From positions 12,145 to 76,144 of the IMG/VR virus record IMGVR_UViG_3300048575_000392: a DNA stretch of 64,000 bases. The stretch is one strand, 5' to 3'. Positions 44,742 through 54,093 of this stretch are shown in pieces. The translations under genes and the position numbers were made by a program. Source of the stretch: a virus. Taxonomy: Duplodnaviria > Caudoviricetes. Each line of letters starts with the position of its first letter. Positions within the stretch are counted from its first letter, which is position 1. A model generated the notes under the pieces. The model was not told the DNA's origin. It was given only the letters and a program-made list of their open reading frames with translations, and did not search any database.

Positions 44742-45545
44742 TTACCTTGTTCCGTAGCGATTTGCCGCGAGCTCTCTCGCCCGTTTTACCCTACCTTCGA
44801 GATGGGGGTACTTCTCCAAGAAGGCCGCCCACCCATTCTGATGCTGCAAGAACCGATGCTCCTCGGGGAGAAGCGCAAGCCAGTTCCATGGTTCGTCAAT
44901 GTCCGTCGAGTCGGCGCCGCGGCTCACGATGTGGGCCTTCTCGATCGCGCCGCCTATGCCCGAGGCGTCGGAGACCATGTGGCTCGCTCGCCATTCCCCC
45001 TCGTCGGCGGCCTTGTCGGTCTCCTCGTCGTAATCCAGAGGGTCGCGCTCGAGGCCGCCGCGCCACCGATGCCACTCCCAGAAGAGCGTCCGCACATCCG
45101 CTTGCAGGTCCATGCCCAGGTCGCAGTAGTCGCGGATGATGTCGAAACAAGCCTGGATGAGCTTCGCGGCGTGAACGGTGTCGCTCTCCGAGATATGGAT
45201 GGGCCTCAGGCGGTGGGTGAAGCGAGTGGGCACCCTGTCGGCGTACTCCTCCAGGATGTCGAGGTACAACTCCTGCTTCTCCTCCGCCGTCGGCTTCTTC
45301 CCGTTCATCGAGACGAAGATGATGGTGATCAGCGCCCAGAGCGTGTTGTTCTGCTTGAAGGTCCGCCCCTCAGTGGGAAGGTCGAGGGTCACGACGGGAA
45401 GAATCTTCTTCTCGAACCGCTCTTCCTTCTTCGCCTTCGTGGAGAAGAACCTCATGAAGACCTGGAGGTCGGCGGGATTCGGCTTGAGCCAGACCACACC
45501 TTTCTGAGGAATCATGACAGCTTCGCACGCTCCGGACACTTTCAT
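44742..45545 (-). CDS. Hypothetical protein, NinB-like N-terminus and HNH-like C-terminus
   Basis: RTFKQNNTLW; EKAHIVSRG...WNWLALLPEEH. Confidence 0.5.
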   Translation of the reverse strand: MKVSGACEAVMIPQKGVVWLKPNPADLQVFMRFFSTKAKKEERFEKKILPVVTLDLPTEGRTFKQNNTLWALITIIFVSMNGKKPTAEEKQELYLDILEEYADRVPTRFTHRLRPIHISESDTVHAAKLIQACFDIIRDYCDLGMDLQADVRTLFWEWHRWRGGLERDPLDYDEETDKAADEGEWRASHMVSDASGIGGAIEKAHIVSRGADSTDIDEPWNWLALLPEEHRFLQHQNGWAAFLEKYPHLEGRVKRARELAANRYGTR

Positions 45546-45557
45546 CTTCCACCTCGC

Positions 45558-46565
45558 CTACGAGAAAAGACTGGCCTTGGCCGGGGATGCCGTCGGCCGC
45601 GCCGCGGCGGCTACCGACTCGGGCGCCCGCTCCTCCTGGGCCGCCGGGGCTGACTCGGCCGGCGCCGCCTCCGCGGACGGCTGATCGGCGATCTGGGCCG
45701 GGGCCTCTTCCTCATCAGCGGGCGTAGGCTCCTCCGGGGGCTCCGGCAGGGCAGTGGCGTCGAGGTCGAAGCCGGGCGTCACGTTCCGCATGTCGGCGCG
45801 GTCCTCGCGGCTCACGGCCTCCAGGGCCTCCACGCTCATCGGGCAGAGCTTCAGCGTCTTGATGATGACCGTCTTTAGGGCCATCTCGTCGAAGTTCTTA
45901 TTCCAGATGTTGTCCTGATCGTCCGCGTTTTGCTGGAACCCCTTCGAGTAAAGGTCGCGGTGCTTGATCACGTCCTTCATGGTCATGACGCCGAACTGCG
46001 TCCCGCCGTTCTCGAGCTCGACGAGGCAATAGTAGGCGATCGGGTCCCCGCGCTCTTCGCGGATGTCCAGCTGGTGGGTGAGACGCCGCCCCATGCCGAG
46101 CTCGACCTCGAACTTGTCGTGATCGTAGACGACCTCCGCGGAGATGGTCTTGATCGTCTTAGAGCGCCGGGCGAGCATGACGATGCCCTTGTACCCGAGT
46201 TGGAAGTGGCAGGTCATCACCTTTTCGGTCGACCCGTTGGCCATCTTCCGCTTCTCGTTGTAGGGGATAAGCCAGGCCTGCCCGAGGAGGGCCCCGACCT
46301 CCAGACCGTAGCGTGCGGCCTGCCCGAGCGATATCGCGATCGACTGGCGATCGCACTGCATGAGCTTCGGGGAATTCGCGATCTCGATCGCCGCCGCGGC
46401 GATGAACCTGTCTATGTCGATGGTCCCCTTGGGGAGGGCCGCCTCGAACCGGGTCTTGTTGTCGTTGAGCCAGTCGCGCAGCGTCCGCTGCTTGGGCTTC
46501 TCCTGGGTGGCCACGCCAGTGGCCGCCGGAAGCCGCGCCCCGGCGTCCTGTCCATTCGCTTTCAT
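45558..46565 (-). CDS. recT: RecT-family single-strand annealing recombinase
   Basis: GQAWLIPY, FQLGYKG and WNKNFDEMALKTVI motifs; start re-called at MKANG. Confidence 0.88.
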   Translation of the reverse strand: MKANGQDAGARLPAATGVATQEKPKQRTLRDWLNDNKTRFEAALPKGTIDIDRFIAAAAIEIANSPKLMQCDRQSIAISLGQAARYGLEVGALLGQAWLIPYNEKRKMANGSTEKVMTCHFQLGYKGIVMLARRSKTIKTISAEVVYDHDKFEVELGMGRRLTHQLDIREERGDPIAYYCLVELENGGTQFGVMTMKDVIKHRDLYSKGFQQNADDQDNIWNKNFDEMALKTVIIKTLKLCPMSVEALEAVSREDRADMRNVTPGFDLDATALPEPPEEPTPADEEEAPAQIADQPSAEAAPAESAPAAQEERAPESVAAAARPTASPAKASLFS

Positions 46566-46777
46566 GCTTTCCTCCATTCGTGCTTGTTGCACCAAGCCAT
46601 CTTCTTCACCGCAAACTTGCCGAGGGAGCACCGGAGGTTCTTCTCCACCGGGTACTCGCTCGTCCCATCCCAACCGGTCCGCTTCTGGATATCGCTCGTG
46701 AAGTTCTTGCAGTTTCCGCAGCGAGGCCCCTCCTCGCGGAAGCCGAGCATCTTCTTCGTCTCTTCGAGCTTCGTCAC
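46562..46777 (-). CDS. Small Cys-rich protein
   Basis: GTG start; CGNC...C...C pattern. Confidence 0.5.
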   Translation of the reverse strand: MTKLEETKKMLGFREEGPRCGNCKNFTSDIQKRTGWDGTSEYPVEKNLRCSLGKFAVKKMAWCNKHEWRKA

Positions 46778-46779
46778 GC

Positions 46780-47349
46780 CTACACCCTCGCTCTCTCGCG
46801 AAGCCTGAGCGCGAGCTCGCGGGTCATTTCGATGTCCGCGAGGGCGTTGTGGGCGTCCGGGAAGGGCACGCCATAGTGCGCAGCCAGCGTTTCGAGGTTC
46901 CGACGGTCGGGCGCCGTGGCGAGGCCGGCCCACTCCATGAAGGGGTGGACCTTGAACACGTCGACCGGGAAGTGGTTCACCCACGAGTAGAAGTACCGGT
47001 CCCCCGACTCCAGCCAGAGCTCCTCCAGGAAGCCGAGGTCGAAGTCGACGTTGTAGCCCGCGGCCGTGAACTTGTCGGCCTTGTCGAACTTCTCCACGTA
47101 CTGGGCCAGGAAGTTCTCGATATCCTTCTTGACCGAGAGCGAGGGCGGGAAGGAGGCGAGGTCCGCCTCCGAGAGGCCGTGAACGGCCATTGCCTGGGGG
47201 TCGAGGACCTTCCCGATGGGGTTCATCTTGAAGTCCCGCTTCTCCTTCACCTGCCCGTCGATCTCGACGATGAAGGCGGCCTGGATGATGCCGTTCTTGA
47301 TCGGATCGAGGCCTGTCGTTTCGAGGTCGAGCCAGAGGATCTTCGTCAT
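46780..47349 (-). CDS. DEDDh 3'-5' exonuclease
   Basis: LDLETTG, GYNVDFD and HNALADI motifs. Confidence 0.85.
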   Translation of the reverse strand: MTKILWLDLETTGLDPIKNGIIQAAFIVEIDGQVKEKRDFKMNPIGKVLDPQAMAVHGLSEADLASFPPSLSVKKDIENFLAQYVEKFDKADKFTAAGYNVDFDLGFLEELWLESGDRYFYSWVNHFPVDVFKVHPFMEWAGLATAPDRRNLETLAAHYGVPFPDAHNALADIEMTRELALRLRERARV

Positions 47350-48632
47350 GCCTGGCCTCCCGCGCGCTCGGCTACGAGCTGGCCGGCGATCTCCTTCGTG
47401 GAGAGGATTTCCCCCTCCTCGATCCAGACGACGCCATCGTCGGTTCCCTCATAGGAGTCGTCTACGATTTCCATGATGACCTGGAAGTCTTCCGCCTCCG
47501 CGAAGTCCTTCACCTTGGCGAGGCTGGCCGCGTCGAGGGCCTCCCCGCGCTTGATGTAGACGGCGCGGAGTTCGCCCGAGAACGCCACGGCGAGCATGAG
47601 GGCGATCTTGAGGGCTTCGGAGTCGCTCCAGTTCTCGTCGCTCACGCCGTTGTGCGAGAGGCCGGTCTCGGTGATCTGGAGCCCCTCGACGGGGAGCTTC
47701 GCAGCCTTCACCATGTCGATGCGCTCCTGCCGGAGGTCGTCTACGCGCTTCCCGAGCTCCTCGTATTCGCGCTTCTTGGCCTCCTTCTGGTCCCGCTTCG
47801 CGATGTACTCGGTGTACTTTCTGGCCTTCTCGTTCGTCGCCTCGGCGTTCGCGATCTTCCCCTCGACCTCCGAGAAGTCGCGCTTCTCCTGCGGCATGAC
47901 GATGGTCATGTCCACGAGGCGCTTCTTGTGCTCAGCCTTGGCCGCATCGAGGGCCTCGGAGAGCCCCTTGATGGAGTCCTTCCCATCGAAGCACCGCAGC
48001 ATGGCCGCCTTGGCGTCCTGGACGATCCTCGCGAGGGCCGCGGCCGCATTGTCCTGCCGCGAATTCCAGTCGGCAAGCTCCTTCCGCTTGGCCATGAGGT
48101 CCGTCAGCGACACCGCCTCGCAGGGCGACACCGGCGCCGGGTCGCCCAAGGCCTTGAGCTCGCGGCCGCACACGAGCCGATCCTGCTCCGCCTGGGCGAT
48201 CTTCGCGTCGATCGCGGTGAAGTCGATCCCGACGTACCCCATGAGCACGGAGCGCTTCTCGGTTCCCGGCAGCTTCGCGAACCACTCCGGGTCGAGGAAC
48301 TGCCCGGAGATCGAGTCCAGAAACTCCTGGGGCCGGGCGACCTTTCCCCCCTCGCGCTCCACGGAGAGCGCGCTCCGGCCGTCGGCCTTGATGGTCCTCC
48401 TGACGATGTAGTCGTCGAGCTTCCCCAAAAGGACCGATTCATCGACTCCCTGCGTCACCACGCCGCCGGGGATGTCGCGCGTCCCCTTAAGAAGAAAGCG
48501 GATCGCGTCGAGGACGGTGCTCTTGCCCGCGCCATTCGCGCCTCGCACCTGTACGAGATGCTTCCCGTTGAAATCGAGCTCGGCCGCCTTGATCTTCCGG
48601 AGGCCCTCGATGGATAGCCCTATCAGTTTCAC
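47346..48632 (-). CDS. SMC/RecF-like coiled-coil ATPase
   Basis: GANGAGKS Walker A, central coiled coil, WSDSE signature variant. Confidence 0.75.
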   Translation of the reverse strand: MKLIGLSIEGLRKIKAAELDFNGKHLVQVRGANGAGKSTVLDAIRFLLKGTRDIPGGVVTQGVDESVLLGKLDDYIVRRTIKADGRSALSVEREGGKVARPQEFLDSISGQFLDPEWFAKLPGTEKRSVLMGYVGIDFTAIDAKIAQAEQDRLVCGRELKALGDPAPVSPCEAVSLTDLMAKRKELADWNSRQDNAAAALARIVQDAKAAMLRCFDGKDSIKGLSEALDAAKAEHKKRLVDMTIVMPQEKRDFSEVEGKIANAEATNEKARKYTEYIAKRDQKEAKKREYEELGKRVDDLRQERIDMVKAAKLPVEGLQITETGLSHNGVSDENWSDSEALKIALMLAVAFSGELRAVYIKRGEALDAASLAKVKDFAEAEDFQVIMEIVDDSYEGTDDGVVWIEEGEILSTKEIAGQLVAERAGGQA

Positions 48633-48644
48633 GTTCTCTCCTTT

Positions 48645-49673
48645 TCAGCTCACCGTGAGCCGCGACGAGGGCTTGGCCTCGCAGAATTGGTCGTAGACGC
48701 CGGGGAAGGCTTTGTCGAACTTCTCCCGGTTGAACGACGCCCTCTCGAAACGGCTCCAGGTGATCTTGTGGCCGCCAGCTACGCCGACCTTGGCGTTGCC
48801 GAGGCGGACCTTGAAATTGGCCTGTAGCCGTTTCTTCTCGTCCTCGAGCTCCTTCAGATCGCCATTGATCTGGACGTAGCGCTCCGTGTCCGCCGCGAGC
48901 TCGGGGGCCTGAACCACGGCCACGTCGTCCTGCTCGCCATAGAGGGTTATGAGGTAGCTATCCTCGTCCTCGAGCCCCGAGGGGGCCGGGATCGCCTTCG
49001 CGACGATGTTGTCGTTCCAGAAAGAGGCCTCGGCCGCTATGAGCTTCGCTATGAACTCATCGTTCCTCGGGATGATCCGATAATCGAAGTGGTTCCCGAT
49101 GAGAACGGGGAGCATGAACCACTTGAGACCGAGGACGGCCATGTAATGCTGAACCTGGGCATAGTAGGAATCCGGAACACTGTCGTCGTCCCACTCTTTC
49201 GCCATGAGCCAGTGGGCCGTCTTGATTTCGAGACCGCCCATGCCTTCAAGATGCAAGAGCCCATCCGGCGTGGTGTACCCGCCCTCGGGCAGTACGACGA
49301 GACCGTCGATGTTTGCGATCATGAAGGGATGCTCGACGGACTGGTAGAAGAACGGAGACTCGAAGACGCCGATCGGCATCCCGGTCTTCTCGCTGAAGAG
49401 GAGCGGGAACTCGCGACGCAGTACGGGCTCCATGCGCTTCCCGTGCTTGATGGCGTCGTTTTCCTCCATCTCGGGGGCCAGCCCCAGCTTGTCGAGGTAA
49501 ACCATGAAAGCGCTCTTATAGTGGTTGAGTCCCAGGATGGCTCCGGCGTCCGATCCGCCAAGGCCACGATGGCGCTCGACCCTCCAATCCGCCTCGGTCA
49601 TAGAGGAGTTGTCGGAAAGAACGACGCAGGACGGATTTTCGACCTTCAGCCTGTCGATGACGGTGATATTCAC
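48645..49673 (-). CDS. YqaJ-like viral recombination exonuclease
   Basis: GLGGSD, ANIDG, LEIKT and YYAQVQHYM motifs. Confidence 0.88.
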   Translation of the reverse strand: MNITVIDRLKVENPSCVVLSDNSSMTEADWRVERHRGLGGSDAGAILGLNHYKSAFMVYLDKLGLAPEMEENDAIKHGKRMEPVLRREFPLLFSEKTGMPIGVFESPFFYQSVEHPFMIANIDGLVVLPEGGYTTPDGLLHLEGMGGLEIKTAHWLMAKEWDDDSVPDSYYAQVQHYMAVLGLKWFMLPVLIGNHFDYRIIPRNDEFIAKLIAAEASFWNDNIVAKAIPAPSGLEDEDSYLITLYGEQDDVAVVQAPELAADTERYVQINGDLKELEDEKKRLQANFKVRLGNAKVGVAGGHKITWSRFERASFNREKFDKAFPGVYDQFCEAKPSSRLTVS

Positions 49674-50068
49674 GCAGCTACCCTCCTGGCAGCGGCCGCC
49701 GGGACGAGGTATCCCACGGGCTCTCCGTCGTCTACGACCTTGAGGCCGTAGTAGTTGATGAAGTCCTCAAAGGACACCTGCGTGAACGAATCGGGATCGG
49801 CCCCATCGGGGAAAATAGAGGCCTCGAGGCGGTCCCCGATCCAGACAATGCCCCAGTGGTCGTGTTCGGTCAGCCAGGCCCAGGCCAGATGTACGCTGAC
49901 CATCCCGTAAACGATGCTGGCGCGGGTGGCGCTCATGACGCGGAGGAAATCCAGCTTCGGGAATCGCTTCCTCCAGTCGACCGACCCCTTGCCGAGCTCG
50001 GGCGCGGGCTTGATTTCGATGGAGACAGACGCTGCTTGCTCGCGCTCGTCTCCGGCTTGTATACTCAA
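49670..50068 (-). CDS. Hypothetical protein
   Basis: 132 aa; TTG start with AAGGAG RBS. Confidence 0.45.
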   Translation of the reverse strand: MSIQAGDEREQAASVSIEIKPAPELGKGSVDWRKRFPKLDFLRVMSATRASIVYGMVSVHLAWAWLTEHDHWGIVWIGDRLEASIFPDGADPDSFTQVSFEDFINYYGLKVVDDGEPVGYLVPAAAARRVAA

Positions 50069-50123
50069 AGTAGGCTCCTTATCCGGATTGCGGTTTCCAG
50101 GCCTTTGGTCCGGGTGGGAATCT

Positions 50124-50180
50124 GGCCCCTCGAAAGAGGGGCCTTTCTTTTCAGATCCACAGATATGCAGATGGTCAGAT
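50124..50180 (-). other. DGR-type cis elements: four ATCTG repeats at 8-bp period and an 8-bp GC hairpin with a 4-nt loop
   Basis: CAGAT at 50152, 50160, 50168 and 50176; GGCCCCTC-GAAA-GAGGGGCC at 50124-50143. Confidence 0.6.
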
Positions 50181-51107
50181 TCACAGGAGAAAAGCGGGGC
50201 GAAGGCCGATGAAGCTGCTCACGAGCGACCGGCGGTCGCTCAGGTTCAGAGCCGCGAGCCCATCGAGCGCGCCACTGCTCCAGCTGCCACCCCGGAGCGG
50301 AAGCCGCTCGCCGTAGTTGCGAACGAACAGGCCTCCGGACATCTCCGAGAACATCGACTTCGCCGCGGGCTCGATCATCATCCTCGCCATCCTCTCGCGG
50401 GTGGCCTGGTCGAGCTTCCTATACGAGTCCGAGAGCTCCAGGTCCTCGATATCGCCGACGTAGGCATAGCCATCGTCGCGGTCATCCGCGGCGCCTTTGG
50501 GGTTCGGCTCGGAGAAATTGGTCACCTCAGCCGAGAGAACCGGATCGTCTCCGTCCGCGTCGAAGCAGGCGCCCTGGAACGGCCAGTTGGCCTCGGGAAG
50601 CGCGTAGTCGTTACCGTTCGGGAAGAACAACTTCCCATCCACGATCTTCAGACCGTCGACCCACTCCCACCAGCCAGAGCGATCGAAGTACTTCTGAAGG
50701 CCGTGCTTCGTGACGTAGTAGGCCGCGGCCGCCCAGTCCCAACCGCTCGTGAGGTGCCAGCCCTTGCCCTTGGCGATGCAGGCAGCGCGCGAGTCGTCGA
50801 AATCGATGTCATACTGCGGCTTCTCGTCGGGCAGCGAGTACGCGCGGCCGCTTTTCACCATGGCCTGGCAGTGGCCGATGAACAGCTCGCTCTTCTCCTG
50901 GCCGTCCACGATGAAGGCCGGGAAGGTCCCCGTGCCCAGGGCGGGATCGATCTCCTCGCACTGGAACTTCGGGATTACCAGCATGTGGGACGGGTTGTCC
51001 CGATCGTCCCGTAGCACCGTCACGTGGCCGTCCGTCTCCTTCTCGACCCGCTCCCGCAGAGCGTCGCGAACCAGAACCGTCGGGGCCTCTTTCTTGTCTT
51101 CTTTCAT
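50181..51107 (-). CDS. Mtd/FGE-sulfatase-like C-type lectin-fold protein, candidate DGR target
   Basis: HMLVIPKF, FPAFIVDG, GWHLTS, WWEWVDG and C-terminal RGGSWSSGALDGLAALNLSDRRSLVSSFIGLRPAF; start re-called at MKEDKK. Confidence 0.72.
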   Translation of the reverse strand: MKEDKKEAPTVLVRDALRERVEKETDGHVTVLRDDRDNPSHMLVIPKFQCEEIDPALGTGTFPAFIVDGQEKSELFIGHCQAMVKSGRAYSLPDEKPQYDIDFDDSRAACIAKGKGWHLTSGWDWAAAAYYVTKHGLQKYFDRSGWWEWVDGLKIVDGKLFFPNGNDYALPEANWPFQGACFDADGDDPVLSAEVTNFSEPNPKGAADDRDDGYAYVGDIEDLELSDSYRKLDQATRERMARMMIEPAAKSMFSEMSGGLFVRNYGERLPLRGGSWSSGALDGLAALNLSDRRSLVSSFIGLRPAFLL

Positions 51108-51158
51108 CGCTCTCTCCTTCCCAGTTTTTTGTACGCATCCCAACAGATGCGCATGTTC

Positions 51159-51401
51159 TTAGTCCGTTACGGCGTCCTTCGCCTTGTCCATGATCGCGTC
51201 TATGGCTTCGGGCGCCAGAAGCTCGTAGATCGACTTCCCATTGAGGAGGATGTCGGAGTCCTCGAAGTAGCCGCCGTCAGACGGGTCTCCGGGATCTCCG
51301 TGCCGGTTGTACATAGTCCCCGGCGTCGGCGGCTCCCAGTCGCCCGAGACCTCGAAATCGAAGCCCTCGTGCGTGACGGTGACCGTCTTCTTCACTGTCA
51401 C
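51159..51401 (-). CDS. Small acidic hypothetical protein
   Basis: GTG start coupled to the antirepressor stop (GTGA). Confidence 0.5.
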   Translation of the reverse strand: MTVKKTVTVTHEGFDFEVSGDWEPPTPGTMYNRHGDPGDPSDGGYFEDSDILLNGKSIYELLAPEAIDAIMDKAKDAVTD

Positions 51402-52027
51402 GCCAGAACTCCTTCGGCGGCCCAGCGCTTCACCTGGGGCACTACGCGCGTCCTCCAGGTCTCGAGCTGGGAGACGAGGACGACCGCCTGTTTCCTCACG
51501 GTCCCGTCCGGGCACTTGGTCTCGCGGAGGGCGAGATACCCGGCGTCGATAGCGTCCTGAGAAGGCATGTCGTCCTTCGTGAGGTACTCGCGATCCCTGA
51601 GGTACGGGAAGACGTGGGTCTTGGGATGAAGCCCGAAATGCTTGGCGGCATCCGTGATGCTCATGGTCTGCTCCGAGCGCATGAGGGCGTTGAAGCCCTC
51701 GATCTTCGGACCGGCCGCCGTCAGTTCGGCGCGCAGGCGCTCGGCCTCGGCCTTGTGGTAGGCGAGGACCTTGATCGTCATTTCCTCGATATCGAGAGCA
51801 CTGAGGGCCGAATCAACCTTACTTTTCAAAGTAAGGTCACGAGGGACAAGTGATTTCTTGAGGAGATAGACCTGCTCCTCGTTCAAGTAAGTCGCCTTCC
51901 CGTTCTCGACGGCTTCAGGGAAAAGCTCTCTGGCCTTGTTCCTGATCGTACTCTCGGCGGTCCCGAGGGCCTCGGCGACCTCCTTCACGGTCATCCTCTT
52001 GTCGCCTTCCTTCACCAGCTCGTTCAA
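51398..52027 (-). CDS. Phage antirepressor (N-terminal HTH plus ANT/KilAC domain)
   Basis: MTVKEVAEALG; PKIEGFNALMRSEQTMSITDAAK. Confidence 0.75.
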   Translation of the reverse strand: MNELVKEGDKRMTVKEVAEALGTAESTIRNKARELFPEAVENGKATYLNEEQVYLLKKSLVPRDLTLKSKVDSALSALDIEEMTIKVLAYHKAEAERLRAELTAAGPKIEGFNALMRSEQTMSITDAAKHFGLHPKTHVFPYLRDREYLTKDDMPSQDAIDAGYLALRETKCPDGTVRKQAVVLVSQLETWRTRVVPQVKRWAAEGVLA

Positions 52028-52040
52028 TTCACACCTCCTT

Positions 52041-52235
52041 TCACGCTATCGATTCGACGACCGCGCCGATCGTCTCGTAGTTCTCTTCACGCGTCGCCTC
52101 GATCACCATGAGCGCCAGAAGACGGCGATAAGAGCATCCGTGGCCATGAACGAGCTCCGAAGCCCGCGCAATGCCGGACGGTGACTTCATGTAGTCCTTC
52201 GTCTGCCTTGCCATACCATCAATCTTCGTGCTCAT
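52041..52235 (-). CDS. Small hypothetical protein
   Basis: 64 aa with RBS. Confidence 0.4.
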   Translation of the reverse strand: MSTKIDGMARQTKDYMKSPSGIARASELVHGHGCSYRRLLALMVIEATREENYETIGAVVESIA

Positions 52236-52245
52236 GTTCTTCCTC

Positions 52246-52878
52246 TCACGGGTACTCGTGGGCGTCGAATTCCGGCCACAGCTTCGTGATGCTCTCCTTG
52301 AAGAACACGGCGACGCCGTGATGCCGGCAAAGCGCTAGAATGTCCTCAACCCACTCGCGCTTCGGAACCACCTTCTCCTTGCGGTTGCCCGACTCAGCCC
52401 CGATGATGACCCAGGAGTAAAGGGGGTCGATCCAGAGTATGGGGCCAAGAAGGGGCTCCACAGACAGGAAGCGGACCCTCCCGTTCCGCGGCGCCGCCGG
52501 GGCGTAGCCCTCGGTCGCGGAACACCCTAGCCAGGCGTTCTCTGGGAAGGAAAACCGCGAATAGACCTCAGGCCGCTTCGTGAGGAACATGAAGTCGTGC
52601 TGGGGATGGTCCACCATCTTGGCCGCCACGGCCGTCATCCAGCCGGGCTCCCAGTCGGCTACATCGCTCATCGAATTAACGAAGATGCGGGCCCGTTCGC
52701 GGGGCAGCTCCCGGTTGAAGTTCTTCTCGATGAAGGTCGGCACGAAGTCGTCGCGCCCCGCGATCATCTTCCCCCAGCGCCGCGCCGTGTTCCGGGCGTA
52801 GCAGTACGGGCATCCGAACGTGCAGCCCCAGACGGGATTCCACGTGTAGTCGGCCCAATCTATCTTCGTCTTTTTCAT
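52246..52878 (-). CDS. Gp37/Gp68 (DUF5131) family protein
   Basis: TKIDWADYTWNPVWGCTFGCPYCYA, IFVNSMSD, FLTKRP, SVEPLLG and WVIIGAESG motifs. Confidence 0.85.
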   Translation of the reverse strand: MKKTKIDWADYTWNPVWGCTFGCPYCYARNTARRWGKMIAGRDDFVPTFIEKNFNRELPRERARIFVNSMSDVADWEPGWMTAVAAKMVDHPQHDFMFLTKRPEVYSRFSFPENAWLGCSATEGYAPAAPRNGRVRFLSVEPLLGPILWIDPLYSWVIIGAESGNRKEKVVPKREWVEDILALCRHHGVAVFFKESITKLWPEFDAHEYP

Positions 52879-52891
52879 CGTCTTCCCCTTA

Positions 52892-53761
52892 CTAGAACAG
52901 GATCGAGCCAGGATCGTCCCATCGCGTATAGAGCTTGCAGTTCGGCCGAAGGACGAGGTACCGGATCGCGTCCTTCGAGTCCGCGGTTGACATACAGTCG
53001 CCATCGAGGACGGTGGAGATCCCGTCCACGGAATAGCGACGGGCCCCGAAGGGAAGGACATCGAGGGCGCGCCCTGCCTGCGCTATGTAGGCGTCGATGG
53101 CTCCTATGTACTCCTCCGACGCGGCGTTCTCCTTGACCCAGGCCGCCTCCGGCGTGTCGCCATCAGCGTAGAGCTTCCTGAACGTGATCTGGTCGGCTCC
53201 AAGCTCAGCGGCACGCTTGAAGACCTCCTCAGGCGAACGCTCCTCGTAGCGCTTGGTCAGGTTCAGCGAAAGGCGAAGCCCGAAGTCGTAGCGTTTGATC
53301 TCCGAGCACATTGAGGCCAGAAGGAAGCGAAGCCCCTCCGGCGTGCCCATGATCTGGTCGTTCTCGGCATGGTCGAAGAGGTCCGAGATGGATAGAGAGA
53401 TCATCGAGACCCGGACGGTGTTCCTCAGCCAGCGGAGCTTTTCGTCGTCCAGGAGCACGCCCGAGGTTTGGAGCTCGATCCAGCGGAACGGAGAAGGCAG
53501 ACGGATATTGCAGGCCGCGAAGAAATTCAAGAATGGCACGTTGGCGAGTGGCTCCCCGTTGCCCGTGAGTAGGGCCGTGTTGCAGCCGTTGTCCCTCGCG
53601 AACTGGAGGCGATCGATATAGTCGCGCTCGTAGAGGTCGCGGAATCGCAAATTCTTCTCGATGTGATCGGCGTACTCTTCCTCGTGCATGTGCGCGACGC
53701 AGAAGGCGCATTTATTCGGGCACCCTCCAGGGACCACGATCGACAACGACTGGATATTCAT
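52892..53761 (-). CDS. Radical SAM protein
   Basis: CPNKCAFC (CxxxCxxC) and LTGNGEP motifs. Confidence 0.8.
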   Translation of the reverse strand: MNIQSLSIVVPGGCPNKCAFCVAHMHEEEYADHIEKNLRFRDLYERDYIDRLQFARDNGCNTALLTGNGEPLANVPFLNFFAACNIRLPSPFRWIELQTSGVLLDDEKLRWLRNTVRVSMISLSISDLFDHAENDQIMGTPEGLRFLLASMCSEIKRYDFGLRLSLNLTKRYEERSPEEVFKRAAELGADQITFRKLYADGDTPEAAWVKENAASEEYIGAIDAYIAQAGRALDVLPFGARRYSVDGISTVLDGDCMSTADSKDAIRYLVLRPNCKLYTRWDDPGSILF

Positions 53762-54091
53762 CTACTCCTTCTCCTTTGCCGGCTCGCCCTGGTAGTCGCT
53801 GAACCACTCGTCGAGGAGGAAGGCGCAGGCCGCCTCCTTGTGCTCGTGCTTCGGCTCGAATGACCTCATGATCGCCGAGAGGTGCCGCATGGCCTTCACG
53901 CCGTCGACACCCTCGCGCGGGGTCGCCCTGAGCCCCTTCACCCCGCTGTAGAACCACATGTTGAAGAAGGCATTCGCGGGCGTGTTCCCGTCCTTATACT
54001 TCTCGGGGATGTCTTTGAACTCAGGCATCAGGCCAAGGACGTGAGCCGGAAAGGCGTAGTCCACGTCGGAGATATCGCTTACGGGGAACAT
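53762..54091 (-). CDS. Conserved phage hypothetical protein
   Basis: RSFEPKHEHKEAACAFLLDEWF motif. Confidence 0.6.
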   Translation of the reverse strand: MFPVSDISDVDYAFPAHVLGLMPEFKDIPEKYKDGNTPANAFFNMWFYSGVKGLRATPREGVDGVKAMRHLSAIMRSFEPKHEHKEAACAFLLDEWFSDYQGEPAKEKE

Positions 54092-54093
54092 AG

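Noticed and set aside
50124-50151. Hairpin as an intrinsic terminator of the early operon
   Set aside because: The U-tract is on the + strand, opposite to local transcription. Geometry and position fit a DGR target hairpin better, though a + strand terminator role is not excluded.
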